From positions 2,204-66,203 of the forward strand of contig JBAQEZ010000001.1 in assembly GCA_049287005.1 (NCBI GenBank): DNA of 64,000 nucleotides, read 5' to 3'. This document shows positions 28,451 to 38,311 of the stretch, piece after piece. The notes beneath the pieces were generated by a model. The model searched no databases. It was not told the DNA's origin and saw only the letters and a program-made list of their open reading frames with translations. A program made the translations under genes and the position numbers. The first letter of the stretch is position 1. Each line of letters begins with the position of its first letter. The stretch is from Candidatus Moraniibacteriota bacterium (lineage in GTDB: Bacteria > Patescibacteriota > Minisyncoccia > Moranbacterales > UBA1568).

Positions 28451-30295
28451 ATGAAAACTGAAATATTTCTTATTGGTCTCGCCGTTTTTTTCTTTCCGTT
28501 TTTTCGTACTGCTACTGCTTCCGCGGAAACCAAAAAAATTATTCTCGGTGAAATTCAGATAAGCGGGATCACGGCGAACGACGAATTCGTCCGTTTCAAA
28601 AACGAAACCGATGCCGCTATCGACTTGGCCGGTTTCAAGCTGACAAAAAAATCTGTTTCCAGCGGCAGCTGCAAAGAAAGCTCGCTCGTCAGTACGATCC
28701 ATTTCGCAGGTATTCTCGCTCCGCAAGACACCTTCACCATCGCTCATCCATCATACAAAGAAGCTCTCCGTGCCGACCTCGAATACTCGAGTGCTTCCTA
28801 TTATCTTTCAGACAACACGGCCATTCTCCTCTATGATACGACCGGGACGCTCCTCGACCGAAAAGCCGTCGGGAATGCCTGCGATATTCCTGTTGTACCT
28901 GCCAATCCGCCGATAACGCCACCGGTGCCGGATCCTCCAGCTCCAATCGCATACGATACCGCTCTCCGTCTCAACGAATTCCTTCCCGATCCTTCCGGTG
29001 ATGAAGGGACGAACGAATTCATCGAACTTTACAATGCTTCCGATGAAACTGCCGACCTTGCTTCATGGGCGCTCAAAGACGCGAGCGCATCAGGAAAATA
29101 TATTTTCCCTGACGGTACGAAACTCAAGCCGAAAGATTTTCTTGCTGTTTATCGGAACGTATTCACATTCGCTTTGAATAATTCCAATGAGACGCTTTCT
29201 CTGCTTGATCCAAACGGTACAAAAAAAGATACTGTGGCCTATACAACATCCAAAGAAGATATTTCCTGGAATTACACTTCTTCCGGCTGGCGCGGCGGCG
29301 CGCCCACTCCCGGTGCTGCAAATCAGCTGAACAATCTCCCGGAAACCAAAGAAAAGGTTCCGAAAAAAGGTTACCGCGGAGTAGCGATTGATTTCGATGC
29401 GCAGGGCAACGATGATGACCGCGATACTCTCAAATACGCCTGGGATTTCGGCGACGGCCACAAAAGTTACAAAGAACAAACATCGCACACCTTCGAAGAA
29501 AACGGCACCTATACTGTCACTCTGAAAACCAGCGACAATAAAGAAGACGTTAGAGAGACGTTCACACTCGAAATAGAGTCTTTGCCTCATCCGGAAGTCC
29601 GTATCACTTCTCTCCTGCCCAACCCGAATGGAAGCGATACGGACCATGAGTGGCTCATGATAGAGAACAGGGAAAAGAAGACCATCAACCTGAAAGATTA
29701 CAGCATCGCTACCGGATGGAAGACGCTTTCGAATCATCCGATCCGCGAAGACTTCCCGATCAAACCGAAATCCGAAGCAAAACTGACTCGGGCGGTCTCC
29801 CTCTTCACCCTTCCCAACCAAAAAGGGAAGATTGAGCTCCGAGCTCCCGATGGAAAGACGCTCCAGAAAATACAATACAAGTCCGACAAATCCATTCCAG
29901 AAAATACCCTCTACCGCAAAGAAAAAGGAAGTACCTGGAAATGGGCAGCACTCGCACAACAAATACCAACAACTTCTGAAAAGGAAGCTGCCCCTATATC
30001 ATCACCGCCACTGGAAGGAAAACCGGAAGAGGCTCTCTCGCCGAGAGAAGAAGACGCTCCAAGCGACACGATAAAAAGAAACCAACTTTCTCTCGATCCT
30101 GACCGCCCTATACCCCAAGACATCTTGGCCTATGGCACGCATACGGAAATACCCGACACTATCATTCTGAAACCTTTCCCTGCCAAAGAAGCGCTGCCTC
30201 TGTCCGCAACGCGTCATTACGCTGTTGCCTTCGTAGGAACCGCGTTCTCAGATATCAACGCATCATTGAATGATCTCTTGGCGAGAGCACGGTAG
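28451..30295 (+). CDS. Secreted lamin-tail-domain (LTD) repeat protein with a PKD domain
   Basis: Signal peptide; three LTD motifs (LNEFLPDPSGDEG..EFIELYN; ITSLLPNPNGSD..EWLMIEN; ILGEIQISG..EFVRFKN); PKD-like YAWDFGDGHKS...GTYTVTLK. Confidence 0.75.
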   Translation: MKTEIFLIGLAVFFFPFFRTATASAETKKIILGEIQISGITANDEFVRFKNETDAAIDLAGFKLTKKSVSSGSCKESSLVSTIHFAGILAPQDTFTIAHPSYKEALRADLEYSSASYYLSDNTAILLYDTTGTLLDRKAVGNACDIPVVPANPPITPPVPDPPAPIAYDTALRLNEFLPDPSGDEGTNEFIELYNASDETADLASWALKDASASGKYIFPDGTKLKPKDFLAVYRNVFTFALNNSNETLSLLDPNGTKKDTVAYTTSKEDISWNYTSSGWRGGAPTPGAANQLNNLPETKEKVPKKGYRGVAIDFDAQGNDDDRDTLKYAWDFGDGHKSYKEQTSHTFEENGTYTVTLKTSDNKEDVRETFTLEIESLPHPEVRITSLLPNPNGSDTDHEWLMIENREKKTINLKDYSIATGWKTLSNHPIREDFPIKPKSEAKLTRAVSLFTLPNQKGKIELRAPDGKTLQKIQYKSDKSIPENTLYRKEKGSTWKWAALAQQIPTTSEKEAAPISSPPLEGKPEEALSPREEDAPSDTIKRNQLSLDPDRPIPQDILAYGTHTEIPDTIILKPFPAKEALPLSATRHYAVAFVGTAFSDINASLNDLLARAR

Positions 30296-30900
30296 ACATA
30301 CACGTACGCTATAATGCTCACCGGAATGGTAACGAGCAATCCGAGAACAAGCGCCAGCGCCCCCAAAATATTCAAGCCACAGAGCACAAGAGCGAATCCC
30401 AGCAATTTCCATTTGACCCCTTCGGTCATCGTGGCGCTTTTTTTCAGAGCATCCAGCACGCCGAGGTTCTTATCCACGATCAGGTAAGAAAAAAACTGAT
30501 ATTTCAAGGCCCAATAAATACCCGGGATGATAAGCAGTGCCAGACCGAGCGCCACCATCAGGCCATACAGGAGCGCCGCTCCGAGATAGCGCCAAATCAA
30601 ACGATGTTGAGAAAAAAGCACCGCGAGCTTGTCTTCGGTACCCTCCGCGAGATCGAGATACATCCGGATCAGCCCCAGCTGGACGATAAAGCCTAAAACG
30701 ATAGCGACCAGACCGATCAGTGTGCCGAGAGAAGTTTCCTTTCCCGCACCTTTCTGGAGCAGGCTGAACACAAGAGAAATCCCCCAAACAGACCCGAATA
30801 TCATCCACAAAAAAAGGAAATGCGTCTTGAAGGTTTCCCATCCGAACCGCACTGCCTCCCCTACGCGAAAAGTGTCCATAACCGGAAACGAGTGAATCAT
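30217..30900 (-). CDS. Hypothetical polytopic membrane protein
   Basis: 5-6 predicted TM helices; the 3' end overlaps the LTD gene convergently by 79 nt. Confidence 0.5.
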   Translation of the reverse strand: MIHSFPVMDTFRVGEAVRFGWETFKTHFLFLWMIFGSVWGISLVFSLLQKGAGKETSLGTLIGLVAIVLGFIVQLGLIRMYLDLAEGTEDKLAVLFSQHRLIWRYLGAALLYGLMVALGLALLIIPGIYWALKYQFFSYLIVDKNLGVLDALKKSATMTEGVKWKLLGFALVLCGLNILGALALVLGLLVTIPVSIIAYVYVYRALAKRSFNDALISENAVPTKATA

Positions 30901-30933
30901 TACTTTCTTCTATTATATCATATCAGGAGTATC

Positions 30934-31170
30934 GTGGCTGGTATTTCTCAAAAACGTCGAAAAGATCTATACTGCACGTATGTAATCACACCACCTATGA
31001 CCGAAGAAGAAATCAAGAAACACGTGGCAGAAATCGATGAGATCTATAAATCATATCTCGGAAAACTCTTCGACCTGAAAAAAGAGCAGGACGCGATACT
31101 GGCGGATTTAGAAAAAGTACTCACCAGCGACAGAATGCAAGAAATCAAGAACTCTCTCGGCATCATATGA
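30934..31170 (+). CDS. Small hypothetical protein
   Basis: AGGAG SD 5 nt upstream of GTG 30934; alternative ATG at 30997; overlaps the next ORF by ATGA. Confidence 0.35.
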   Translation: MAGISQKRRKDLYCTYVITPPMTEEEIKKHVAEIDEIYKSYLGKLFDLKKEQDAILADLEKVLTSDRMQEIKNSLGII

Positions 31171-31496
31171 GCATAGAAATGAAAAAAATCGGCGACGAGC
31201 ATATTGAAAACGTACCATATACTCCGGAAAAGCCTGTAAGAATCATCAACAAAGAAGGTCTCGTAGAATATGGCATAGACATCCAGAACTGTGTCGCGGA
31301 GCAGGCCGGCAGGGTGCAGAGGGATGCCCGTGCGGCGCTAGGACACATCATTGGGAAATCTCCCGAAAATATCGCACTCATGACGCGATTGGGGGTGGAT
31401 AAAAAACTGGAAAAAACCGACCAACGGATAGATCAATTGGTGATAACGACTCAAGATGACATAGCGACTATCGCAGAAGGCAGGGTCGATATATAG
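31167..31496 (+). CDS. Small hypothetical protein
   Basis: 109-aa ORF translationally coupled to the preceding small ORF. Confidence 0.4.
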   Translation: MSIEMKKIGDEHIENVPYTPEKPVRIINKEGLVEYGIDIQNCVAEQAGRVQRDARAALGHIIGKSPENIALMTRLGVDKKLEKTDQRIDQLVITTQDDIATIAEGRVDI

Positions 31497-31632
31497 CCAC
31501 CGAGGCCGGTGAAGCAGCAGATGAGAGCGCAAGGAGAATCCTTTTTGCCCCAACGAAAAGCCTGGACGCCGCGCACAGTCCCGCCGCGACGGAGCTCCTC
31601 CTGTCCTTCTCCTCTCTTGCTCGGAAAAACGC

Positions 31633-31659
31633 AAAGGCCTGGAAAGAATCCAGGCCTTT
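31633..31659. terminator. Intrinsic terminator downstream of tRNA-Gly
   Basis: Perfect AAAGGCCTGG/CCAGGCCTTT hairpin; on the minus strand it is followed by GCGTTTTTCC. Confidence 0.7.
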
Positions 31660-31670
31660 GCATGCTTTAG

Positions 31671-31741
31671 AGCGGGTAAGGAGAATCGAACTCCTCGCTT
31701 AACCTTGGGAAGGTCACGTATTACCACTATACTATACCCGC
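31671..31741 (-). tRNA. tRNA-Gly (anticodon CCC)
   Basis: Minus-strand GCGGGTATAGTATAGTGGTAATACGTGACCTTCCCAAGGTTAAGCGAGGAGTTCGATTCTCCTTACCCGCT; cloverleaf with a TTCCCAA anticodon loop; no encoded CCA. Confidence 0.8.
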
Positions 31742-31858
31742 TACCGTACCAGCCTCGCAGCTCTTTACTTGCGCTATTGTAACGCACAATTCACATCTTT
31801 TCAAACCGCTCTACTCCTGATACACTGAGGAAGTATTTAATTTTCTATTTTCCCACTC

Positions 31859-33268
31859 ATGCATCCTTTTTTCACGCGGAAGCGCACAATCGCTATTGCC
31901 CTCTCTATTGTTGTTGTTTTGGGAGGCGTATCCTTATTTTTTTATGCCAAAACGCATAAGGTGCAATTTGCCGCGAACTCCCTCAATCTTTTTCAGAAAG
32001 TCTCCCGGCTGCTGCCTTTGGCTCCGGACACCAAGAAAGAAATCGAGGTCATCAACGCGCTGGTCGCAGCGGTTACTCAGAAAGATGATCAGATCCATAC
32101 GTTCCTCATTCTTCTCCAGAATAGCGACGAACTGCGTCCGGGCGGCGGATTTTTGGGTCAATACGCCGTCGTCAAGACGAAGAATGGTGAGGTAGTCTCA
32201 ACCTTCGTCGAAGATGCCAACCTTCTGGATCAGCGTATCTCAGCCGACGTACCAACGCCCTACCCTTTTGAACGTAAAATGCAGCTGAGAAAATGGAAAT
32301 TCCGTGATTCTAATTTCTCGCCCAACTTCCCGACCAACGCGGAAAAGGCGCAGTATTTCTATCGCCTGGCCGGCGGCTATGAGAAATTCGATGGTGTCAT
32401 CGCGGTGAATTCCCTCACCTTCAACAACATCCTCGCACTGACCGGACCGATTCAGATTCCCGGAGATTCCAACGTCTACACCAGCACTGACGGCGCGTAC
32501 AAGCTGGAAGATCGCGTCGAGCGAGCCTATCTCGGAGAAGATGTCCCAGCTGAATTGAAACAGGCTCGCAAACTGATCATGAAGAAAATCGCCGCCGAGA
32601 TCATGAAACGCGCGGTCACGGTCTCCAATATTCCGAAACTCGCCGAGTTCGCAGGCACAGAACTCCGCAACAAAGATGTCATGTTCTTTTTCAAAGATCC
32701 AGCGCTCCAAGCTTTGGTGGAAAGCGTCCATTGGGACGGGAGCGTCGTCAAAGACTGGAACAATGACTATCTGATGCTCGTCGATGCCAACATGGGCGCC
32801 CTCAAGACGGATTTCTATATCAAACGCTCCTTGGACTACACCGTTGATTTCACGGGCGACAAACCGACGGGCACGATCATCTATACCTACAAAAACACAG
32901 CCACGTACGGAGATTGGCGTACCAGCGACTATCACACCTACCTGCGCGCCTACGTACCGAAAGGCTCGAAATTCCTCGAGCGCAAGATGATCAACGTCGT
33001 CACGACCAAGGAAGACTTCAACAAAACCTATTTCGATGGCTTCGTGGATGTAGAAATCGGGCAGAGCGATGTCAACACCACGCTTAGATATGAGCTCCCG
33101 GACACCATCACTCCCGAAAATTATCATCTCTTGATCCAGAAGCAATCCGGTGTCGGCACCCTTCCGGTCACCATCCACCTGAAAACCAAGGACAAAGAGT
33201 ACACACAAAGCGCCGACCTTTTGAAAGACCTCAACTTTTCTATCCAGACAACGGAAGAGAAGAAATAA
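31859..33268 (+). CDS. DUF4012-like N-terminally anchored extracytoplasmic protein
   Basis: N-terminal TM helix and an LLQNSDELRPGGGFLGQYAVV motif, which I recognise as the DUF4012 signature. Confidence 0.5.
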   Translation: MHPFFTRKRTIAIALSIVVVLGGVSLFFYAKTHKVQFAANSLNLFQKVSRLLPLAPDTKKEIEVINALVAAVTQKDDQIHTFLILLQNSDELRPGGGFLGQYAVVKTKNGEVVSTFVEDANLLDQRISADVPTPYPFERKMQLRKWKFRDSNFSPNFPTNAEKAQYFYRLAGGYEKFDGVIAVNSLTFNNILALTGPIQIPGDSNVYTSTDGAYKLEDRVERAYLGEDVPAELKQARKLIMKKIAAEIMKRAVTVSNIPKLAEFAGTELRNKDVMFFFKDPALQALVESVHWDGSVVKDWNNDYLMLVDANMGALKTDFYIKRSLDYTVDFTGDKPTGTIIYTYKNTATYGDWRTSDYHTYLRAYVPKGSKFLERKMINVVTTKEDFNKTYFDGFVDVEIGQSDVNTTLRYELPDTITPENYHLLIQKQSGVGTLPVTIHLKTKDKEYTQSADLLKDLNFSIQTTEEKK

Positions 33269-33311
33269 CCCTGATTCTGACTCTGACTTTGCATTGTGAC
33301 GAAAAACCGCT

Positions 33312-35069
33312 ATGCTAAGAGGTATGGAAGAAACACTCTACAACATTCGTCACTCTTTGGCTCACTTGCTCGCCATCGCGGCTCTCGAGCATGATTCCAA
33401 GGCCAAACTCTCCGTCGGTCCCGTCACGGAGAACGGCTTCTATTATGATATCGATTTCAGTGAAGGCAAAGCGCCCACGCCAGAAGATCTGAAAGCCTTC
33501 GAAAAGACGATGCGCAAAATGATCAACAAGAAGCTACTCTTCGCGCGCCAGGAAGTCTCCCCTGAAGAAGCCCGTCAACATTTCGCGGGCAACCCCTACA
33601 AGATGGCTATCATCGATGATATCGAGCAAGCGGGGACTCCCGTCAGCCTCTACGCCACCGGGGATTTTATTGATTTGTGCGAAGGACGCCATGTAGACAA
33701 CACGAGCGAGATTGACGCCAAATGTTTCACGCTCACTCACCTGGCTGGCGCTTACTGGCGCGGCGATGAAAAAAACCCGATGCTCACCCGCGTATACGGT
33801 CTGGCTTTTGCGACCGCAGAGGAACTCAAAGCCTATCTTACCCAGCAAGAAGAAGCCAAAAAACGCGATCATCGGAGGATCGCCAAAGAACAAGACCTGC
33901 TCGTCTTTTCTGATCTCGTGGGTTCGGGTATGCCCATGTTCACTCCCAAGGGGAATATCATCCGCAATGCAATCATCGGTTTTTCACGCGAACTTAATAA
34001 TACCCTCGGCTTCGAGGAGGTGCACACGCCGAATATCAACAAAGCGGAACTTTTCAGGATATCCGGTCATTACGACAAATATAAGGAGGATATGCTCGTT
34101 GTACGATCACAGTATAGTGAGGAAGATTTTTTTCTGAAACCGATGAATTGCCCACAACATACGCAGATATATGCAGCACGTCCAAGAAGCTACCGTGATT
34201 TGCCTATTCGCTATTCTGATTTTGCCAACCTCTACCGTGATGAACGCCCCGGTGAACTCTCCGGACTTACTCGGCTGCGTTCGTTTGCTCAAGACGACGG
34301 GCACGTTTTCTGCATGGAAAGTCAGATAGAAGGAGAGATGACAAGCATACTCACCGCTATTGAAACGGCTCTTACGACATACAAGATTGACTATTGGATG
34401 CGCCTATCGCTCCGCGACCCAGAAAAGAAGGAAAAATATCTCGGCGATGACGATGTCTGGGAACGCTCACAGGCAATCATGCGTAAACTTCTGCAAGAAA
34501 AAAATATTACACACAAAGAGGCGGAAGGTGAAGCTGCCTTTTATGGTCCGAAAATCGATATTATGGCTGTTGACGCGCTCGGTAGAGAATGGCAGATTTC
34601 TACCGTGCAACTCGATTTCAATCAACCAAAACGGTTTGGACTGGTGTATACTGATAGTGATGGTACAGAAAAAACACCCGTGATGATTCATCGTGCGCTG
34701 ATCGGCTCACCGGATAGATTCATGGGAATCCTTATCGAACACTATGCTGGCGCTTTTCCGGTATGGCTGGCGCCGATCCAAGCGGTCGTCTTGCCCATCG
34801 GAGAGAACCATCAGGCCTTTGCAAAGGAAATAACGGACGCGCTCAAAGAAAAAAATATTCGTGTCGAACTCGATCTGGATAACGAGTCACTCGGCAAACG
34901 CGTCCGGAACGCCAAAATACAGAAAATCCCCTACCTTCTCATTATCGGAGACAAAGAAGTCGCGGCAAAAAATATCACTCTCGAACACCGGAGTGCGGGT
35001 TCGCTCGGTACCCAGACTCTGGCGGAGTGTATCGATATCTTCGCGCAAGCCATCACCTCCAAAAGCTAA
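33312..35069 (+). CDS. thrS: Threonyl-tRNA synthetase, lacking the N-terminal TGS domain
   Basis: Begins at the editing-domain HSLAH motif; class II catalytic core and a C-terminal anticodon-binding domain; ~581 aa. Confidence 0.92.
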   Translation: MLRGMEETLYNIRHSLAHLLAIAALEHDSKAKLSVGPVTENGFYYDIDFSEGKAPTPEDLKAFEKTMRKMINKKLLFARQEVSPEEARQHFAGNPYKMAIIDDIEQAGTPVSLYATGDFIDLCEGRHVDNTSEIDAKCFTLTHLAGAYWRGDEKNPMLTRVYGLAFATAEELKAYLTQQEEAKKRDHRRIAKEQDLLVFSDLVGSGMPMFTPKGNIIRNAIIGFSRELNNTLGFEEVHTPNINKAELFRISGHYDKYKEDMLVVRSQYSEEDFFLKPMNCPQHTQIYAARPRSYRDLPIRYSDFANLYRDERPGELSGLTRLRSFAQDDGHVFCMESQIEGEMTSILTAIETALTTYKIDYWMRLSLRDPEKKEKYLGDDDVWERSQAIMRKLLQEKNITHKEAEGEAAFYGPKIDIMAVDALGREWQISTVQLDFNQPKRFGLVYTDSDGTEKTPVMIHRALIGSPDRFMGILIEHYAGAFPVWLAPIQAVVLPIGENHQAFAKEITDALKEKNIRVELDLDNESLGKRVRNAKIQKIPYLLIIGDKEVAAKNITLEHRSAGSLGTQTLAECIDIFAQAITSKS

Positions 35070-35112
35070 CTTTACAACCGCAATCCTCTGTGGTATAAAA
35101 ACGGTAACAGTA

Positions 35113-35131
35113 AACGGTTCGCCGTTTTTTG
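35113..35131 (+). terminator. Intrinsic terminator after thrS
   Basis: AACGG-TTCG-CCGTT hairpin followed by TTTTTT. Confidence 0.65.
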
Positions 35132-35190
35132 TTAGGGGGGATTCGGGAACGTCCGGGTCCACAATAAAAAGTCTTGCAGGAGGTTTAACA

Positions 35191-35607
35191 ATGAATATGG
35201 CTTGCAGCTTCACACGTCACGGCCACCAAAACCCTATCATTCAGCCGACACACTACGCTCAGTCAGCGGAGGAACAGCTGATTCAATCAGAGGAACAGTC
35301 AACCGATGACCGTTACCCCAGTCCACAGGAGTTTGAGAGACTGTTGCAGGAGCACCTCAACGGCAAGCTCCGCAAGAACCGGGCTAACAAGGCCAAAAAG
35401 GCCGCTGGCGTACGTCGAGCCAAAATATTGGCTCAGATAGAGGGTCTGAAGCGTTCCGTGCGACACCGTCCGGACCAATGCGAATGCGTCCACACGCGCT
35501 CCGCGAGCTGCCAGTTCAACACACACGCCAACAAAGGACGGCTGAACCGGCGGGTGCTGATCACTCGTCCTTCCGGACAAGCAGCCCTCTGCTCTGGCTG
35601 CTGCTGA
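35191..35607 (+). CDS. Small basic Cys-rich hypothetical protein (C-terminus ...ALCSGCC) in a GC-rich islet
   Basis: Strong AGGAGG SD 7 nt upstream of the ATG; 139 aa; followed by its own terminator. Local GC content is noticeably higher than the flanks. Confidence 0.45.
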   Translation: MNMACSFTRHGHQNPIIQPTHYAQSAEEQLIQSEEQSTDDRYPSPQEFERLLQEHLNGKLRKNRANKAKKAAGVRRAKILAQIEGLKRSVRHRPDQCECVHTRSASCQFNTHANKGRLNRRVLITRPSGQAALCSGCC

Positions 35608-35639
35608 TACTCCGGGCGGCAACGCCACCCATCAAGAAT

Positions 35640-35677
35640 GCCCGAGCTCCTCTGGAGTCTCGGGCGCTTATTTTTTA
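35640..35677 (+). terminator. Intrinsic terminator after the Cys-rich small ORF
   Basis: GCCCGAG...CTCGGGC 7-bp stem followed by GCTTATTTTTTA. Confidence 0.65.
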
Positions 35678-35729
35678 TCACAAACAGCTCGCTGCCATCC
35701 CCAGCCGCATCATGCCACGATCCGCATAT

Positions 35730-38297
35730 TCATTCCAACACTCGCGCTGGCGCATTGAAACGGACCGATTGCCTCGCGTCACCTTCGTGGAAATGCTGGA
35801 AATAAAAGTGCTTCACTGCTTCGGTCATCAGGAAGTACCCACCCGCGAGAAGCAGGATGGTCCAGAACATGTGCGGCGTCGGATGAATGAACAAGAAAAT
35901 ATTTTCCCCCGCCGAGAAAAGCGGGAGCAGGAAAGCGAACAGAATGACCGAAAAAGAAAGCGCGACCAGAAGCACCGGCGGCACCTTCGATCGAAAAAAT
36001 GGCCGGCGTGTCCGCAAAGAAAATATAAGGACTATTTCCGTCACGATATTGAAAAGAAACCAAGAGGTCTGGAGCGTCGCCGGAGAGACATTGTAAAATT
36101 TTCCGAAAAGGATGAAATCGAAGCTCGAATTGACGACTCCCAGAATCATCGTCATCAGCACGATCGAGTGCACCTGATAATTTCTCGGTTTTTGCAGCTC
36201 TTCCGTATCCACCGTGTCCGTCGCGATGGCAATCATGGGAAAGTCTGCCAAGAGATCCAAAAGAAGTATCTGCACCGGCAGCAAGGGTACGAACGGCAGA
36301 AACAGCGATGCCAAGGCGACTGAATAGAAATTCCCGAAATTGGCTGTCAACGTGATCCTCAGGTACTTCAGGATGTTGGCGAAAATAACCCGCCCCTCTT
36401 TGATGCCATCAATCACGGTATCAAGGCTCCGCTGCAGCAGAACGACATCGGCAGCTCCTCTGGCGACATCCGAAGCCCCCTGCACCACCAACCCGACGTT
36501 CGCCAATCGAAGGGCGGGCGCGTCATTGATCCCTTCGCCCAGAAATCCCACCTCGTGTTTTTCCTGGAGGATTTTGATGATCTCGTACTTCTCTCTCGGG
36601 GAAATTCTGGCAAAGACAGTATGAGAAAAAATGACTCGTTTTTTGTCCCCGTACGGCATCTCGGCGAGATCTTTCCCGGTGATCACATCCTCTGGTCGCT
36701 TGAGCAATCCGACCGCATAGCCCACGGCGCCGGCTACTTCCGGACTATCTCCCGTCAAAATCTTCACCTGTACCTGGAGCGCCCTTGCTTTCTCGAGAGT
36801 TTCTTTGGCCGTATTCTTCAATGGATCCGCGAAGGCAATCAACCCGACAAACTCCAGCTGTTGCTCTTCATAGAGAGTGTATTTTTGTTTCGCCGTAAAC
36901 GATCTGCGCGCAACGGCGAGCACGCGGTCCCCCTCCGTCCCTTTTCCTTTCATCCACTCAAGTAGCTTTTGCACCGTGAAAGAATCCACATTCTTCGAAA
37001 GCCGCAAGACTTCTTCCGGTGCGCCGCGTACGATGATCTCCCTTTTCCCAGTCGCCATCTCTATGAGTACGCTGTTGCGCCTCCGCTCCGGATCAAAAGG
37101 GATGTTATCAATACGCCGCATGTTTCGCACGGCACCGTGTCCTGCGGAGGAAAGTTTCTGCCACAAGGCCAGATCGAAAGCGTCATGCAATTTCCCTCGG
37201 CGGGTAGGGTCTGCCAGAGAGGCTGCCGCAGCCAATTCGAGGCAGAGGTCCGTGTCTCCTGCCTTGATAGCGCTCACGGATAACATATTTTCTGTCAGCG
37301 TCCCCGTTTTGTCAGTACAGAGAATTTCGATGCTCCCCAGATCCTCGATAGCCGAAAGGCGTTTCATGATCACTTTTTTCTGAGCCAGACGCAGCGCTCC
37401 GCGTGAGAGCGCAACCGTCACGATGACCGGCAGCGCCTCCGGGATAACCGATACGGCTAATACCAAGGAAAAAATCAGCAGCTCTGTCACGTCAACGCTA
37501 TCACCCTTGATGAATATATTGGCCACAAAAATGAGCGTCAGGGTCAAAAGCACAAATTTCAGAATAAACCGGCTGAATTGGGCGATGTTTCTTTCGAATC
37601 CCGTCTCATGCTTGCTTTCCGTCGTCAGCGTTGCGATATCGCTGAGTGCCGTGTCTTTACCGGTAGCGAAGACGACTCCTTCTCCGCGGCCAGCCGTCAC
37701 GATGGTCCCGGCAAAACCGATGTTCTCCGCTTCAAACATTTCCGTCGGCGGCCTAAGCGCCGTGGCTGCTTTCTTGGACACGGCCACTGACTCGCCTGTC
37801 ATGACACTTTCATCCAGCTGCAGTCCGAAAGAGGCGATGAAACGCATATCAGCCGACAAGCGATCGCCTGCCTCCACCAGGACAACCTCCCCCGGGACGA
37901 TGACCTCGCTTTCGATGAGCATTTCGCTGCCGCCACGACGTACGCGGGTATGCGTGACGAGATATCGCTTGAGCGATTGTGCCGCTTTTTCTCCATGATA
38001 TTCCTGATATATTTCCAAACCGACATTGATGGCGATAAAAAGAAGGATCAGCCCCCCTCCCAAATGATCGCCGAGGCCATACGAAAGAGCGGAAGCACCC
38101 AAAAGAAGATACAAAAAAGAAGAGCGTGTCCGCCGCTTCAGCATCTCCATGAGAGAAAAAGTCTCCTCCGCCAGTTTATTTCCTCCCAAGCGGCGGAGCC
38201 GCTCTTCTGCTATTTCCAAAGCAAGGCCTTTCTCCGAACTTTGAAGCTCCGCAAAGACTTGCGCCACGTCTTCTGAAGATATTTTTTTCCACTCCAT
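35730..38297 (-). CDS. P-type cation-transporting ATPase (type II, Ca2+/Mg2+-like)
   Basis: CTDKTGTLTEN phosphorylation motif, TGDSPEVA and GEGINDAPAL motifs, 10 TM segments; 855 aa. Confidence 0.9.
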   Translation of the reverse strand: MEWKKISSEDVAQVFAELQSSEKGLALEIAEERLRRLGGNKLAEETFSLMEMLKRRTRSSFLYLLLGASALSYGLGDHLGGGLILLFIAINVGLEIYQEYHGEKAAQSLKRYLVTHTRVRRGGSEMLIESEVIVPGEVVLVEAGDRLSADMRFIASFGLQLDESVMTGESVAVSKKAATALRPPTEMFEAENIGFAGTIVTAGRGEGVVFATGKDTALSDIATLTTESKHETGFERNIAQFSRFILKFVLLTLTLIFVANIFIKGDSVDVTELLIFSLVLAVSVIPEALPVIVTVALSRGALRLAQKKVIMKRLSAIEDLGSIEILCTDKTGTLTENMLSVSAIKAGDTDLCLELAAAASLADPTRRGKLHDAFDLALWQKLSSAGHGAVRNMRRIDNIPFDPERRRNSVLIEMATGKREIIVRGAPEEVLRLSKNVDSFTVQKLLEWMKGKGTEGDRVLAVARRSFTAKQKYTLYEEQQLEFVGLIAFADPLKNTAKETLEKARALQVQVKILTGDSPEVAGAVGYAVGLLKRPEDVITGKDLAEMPYGDKKRVIFSHTVFARISPREKYEIIKILQEKHEVGFLGEGINDAPALRLANVGLVVQGASDVARGAADVVLLQRSLDTVIDGIKEGRVIFANILKYLRITLTANFGNFYSVALASLFLPFVPLLPVQILLLDLLADFPMIAIATDTVDTEELQKPRNYQVHSIVLMTMILGVVNSSFDFILFGKFYNVSPATLQTSWFLFNIVTEIVLIFSLRTRRPFFRSKVPPVLLVALSFSVILFAFLLPLFSAGENIFLFIHPTPHMFWTILLLAGGYFLMTEAVKHFYFQHFHEGDARQSVRFNAPARVLE

Positions 38298-38311
38298 TTT
38301 ATTTTTCTTAT

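Noticed and set aside
29090-29962. 290-aa minus-strand ORF
   Set aside because: Antisense inside the LTD/PKD protein gene, whose domain repeats are clear.
32240-33208. 322-aa minus-strand ORF
   Set aside because: Antisense to the DUF4012 gene, which has a coherent signal-anchor and domain motif; no SD or promoter for the antisense ORF.
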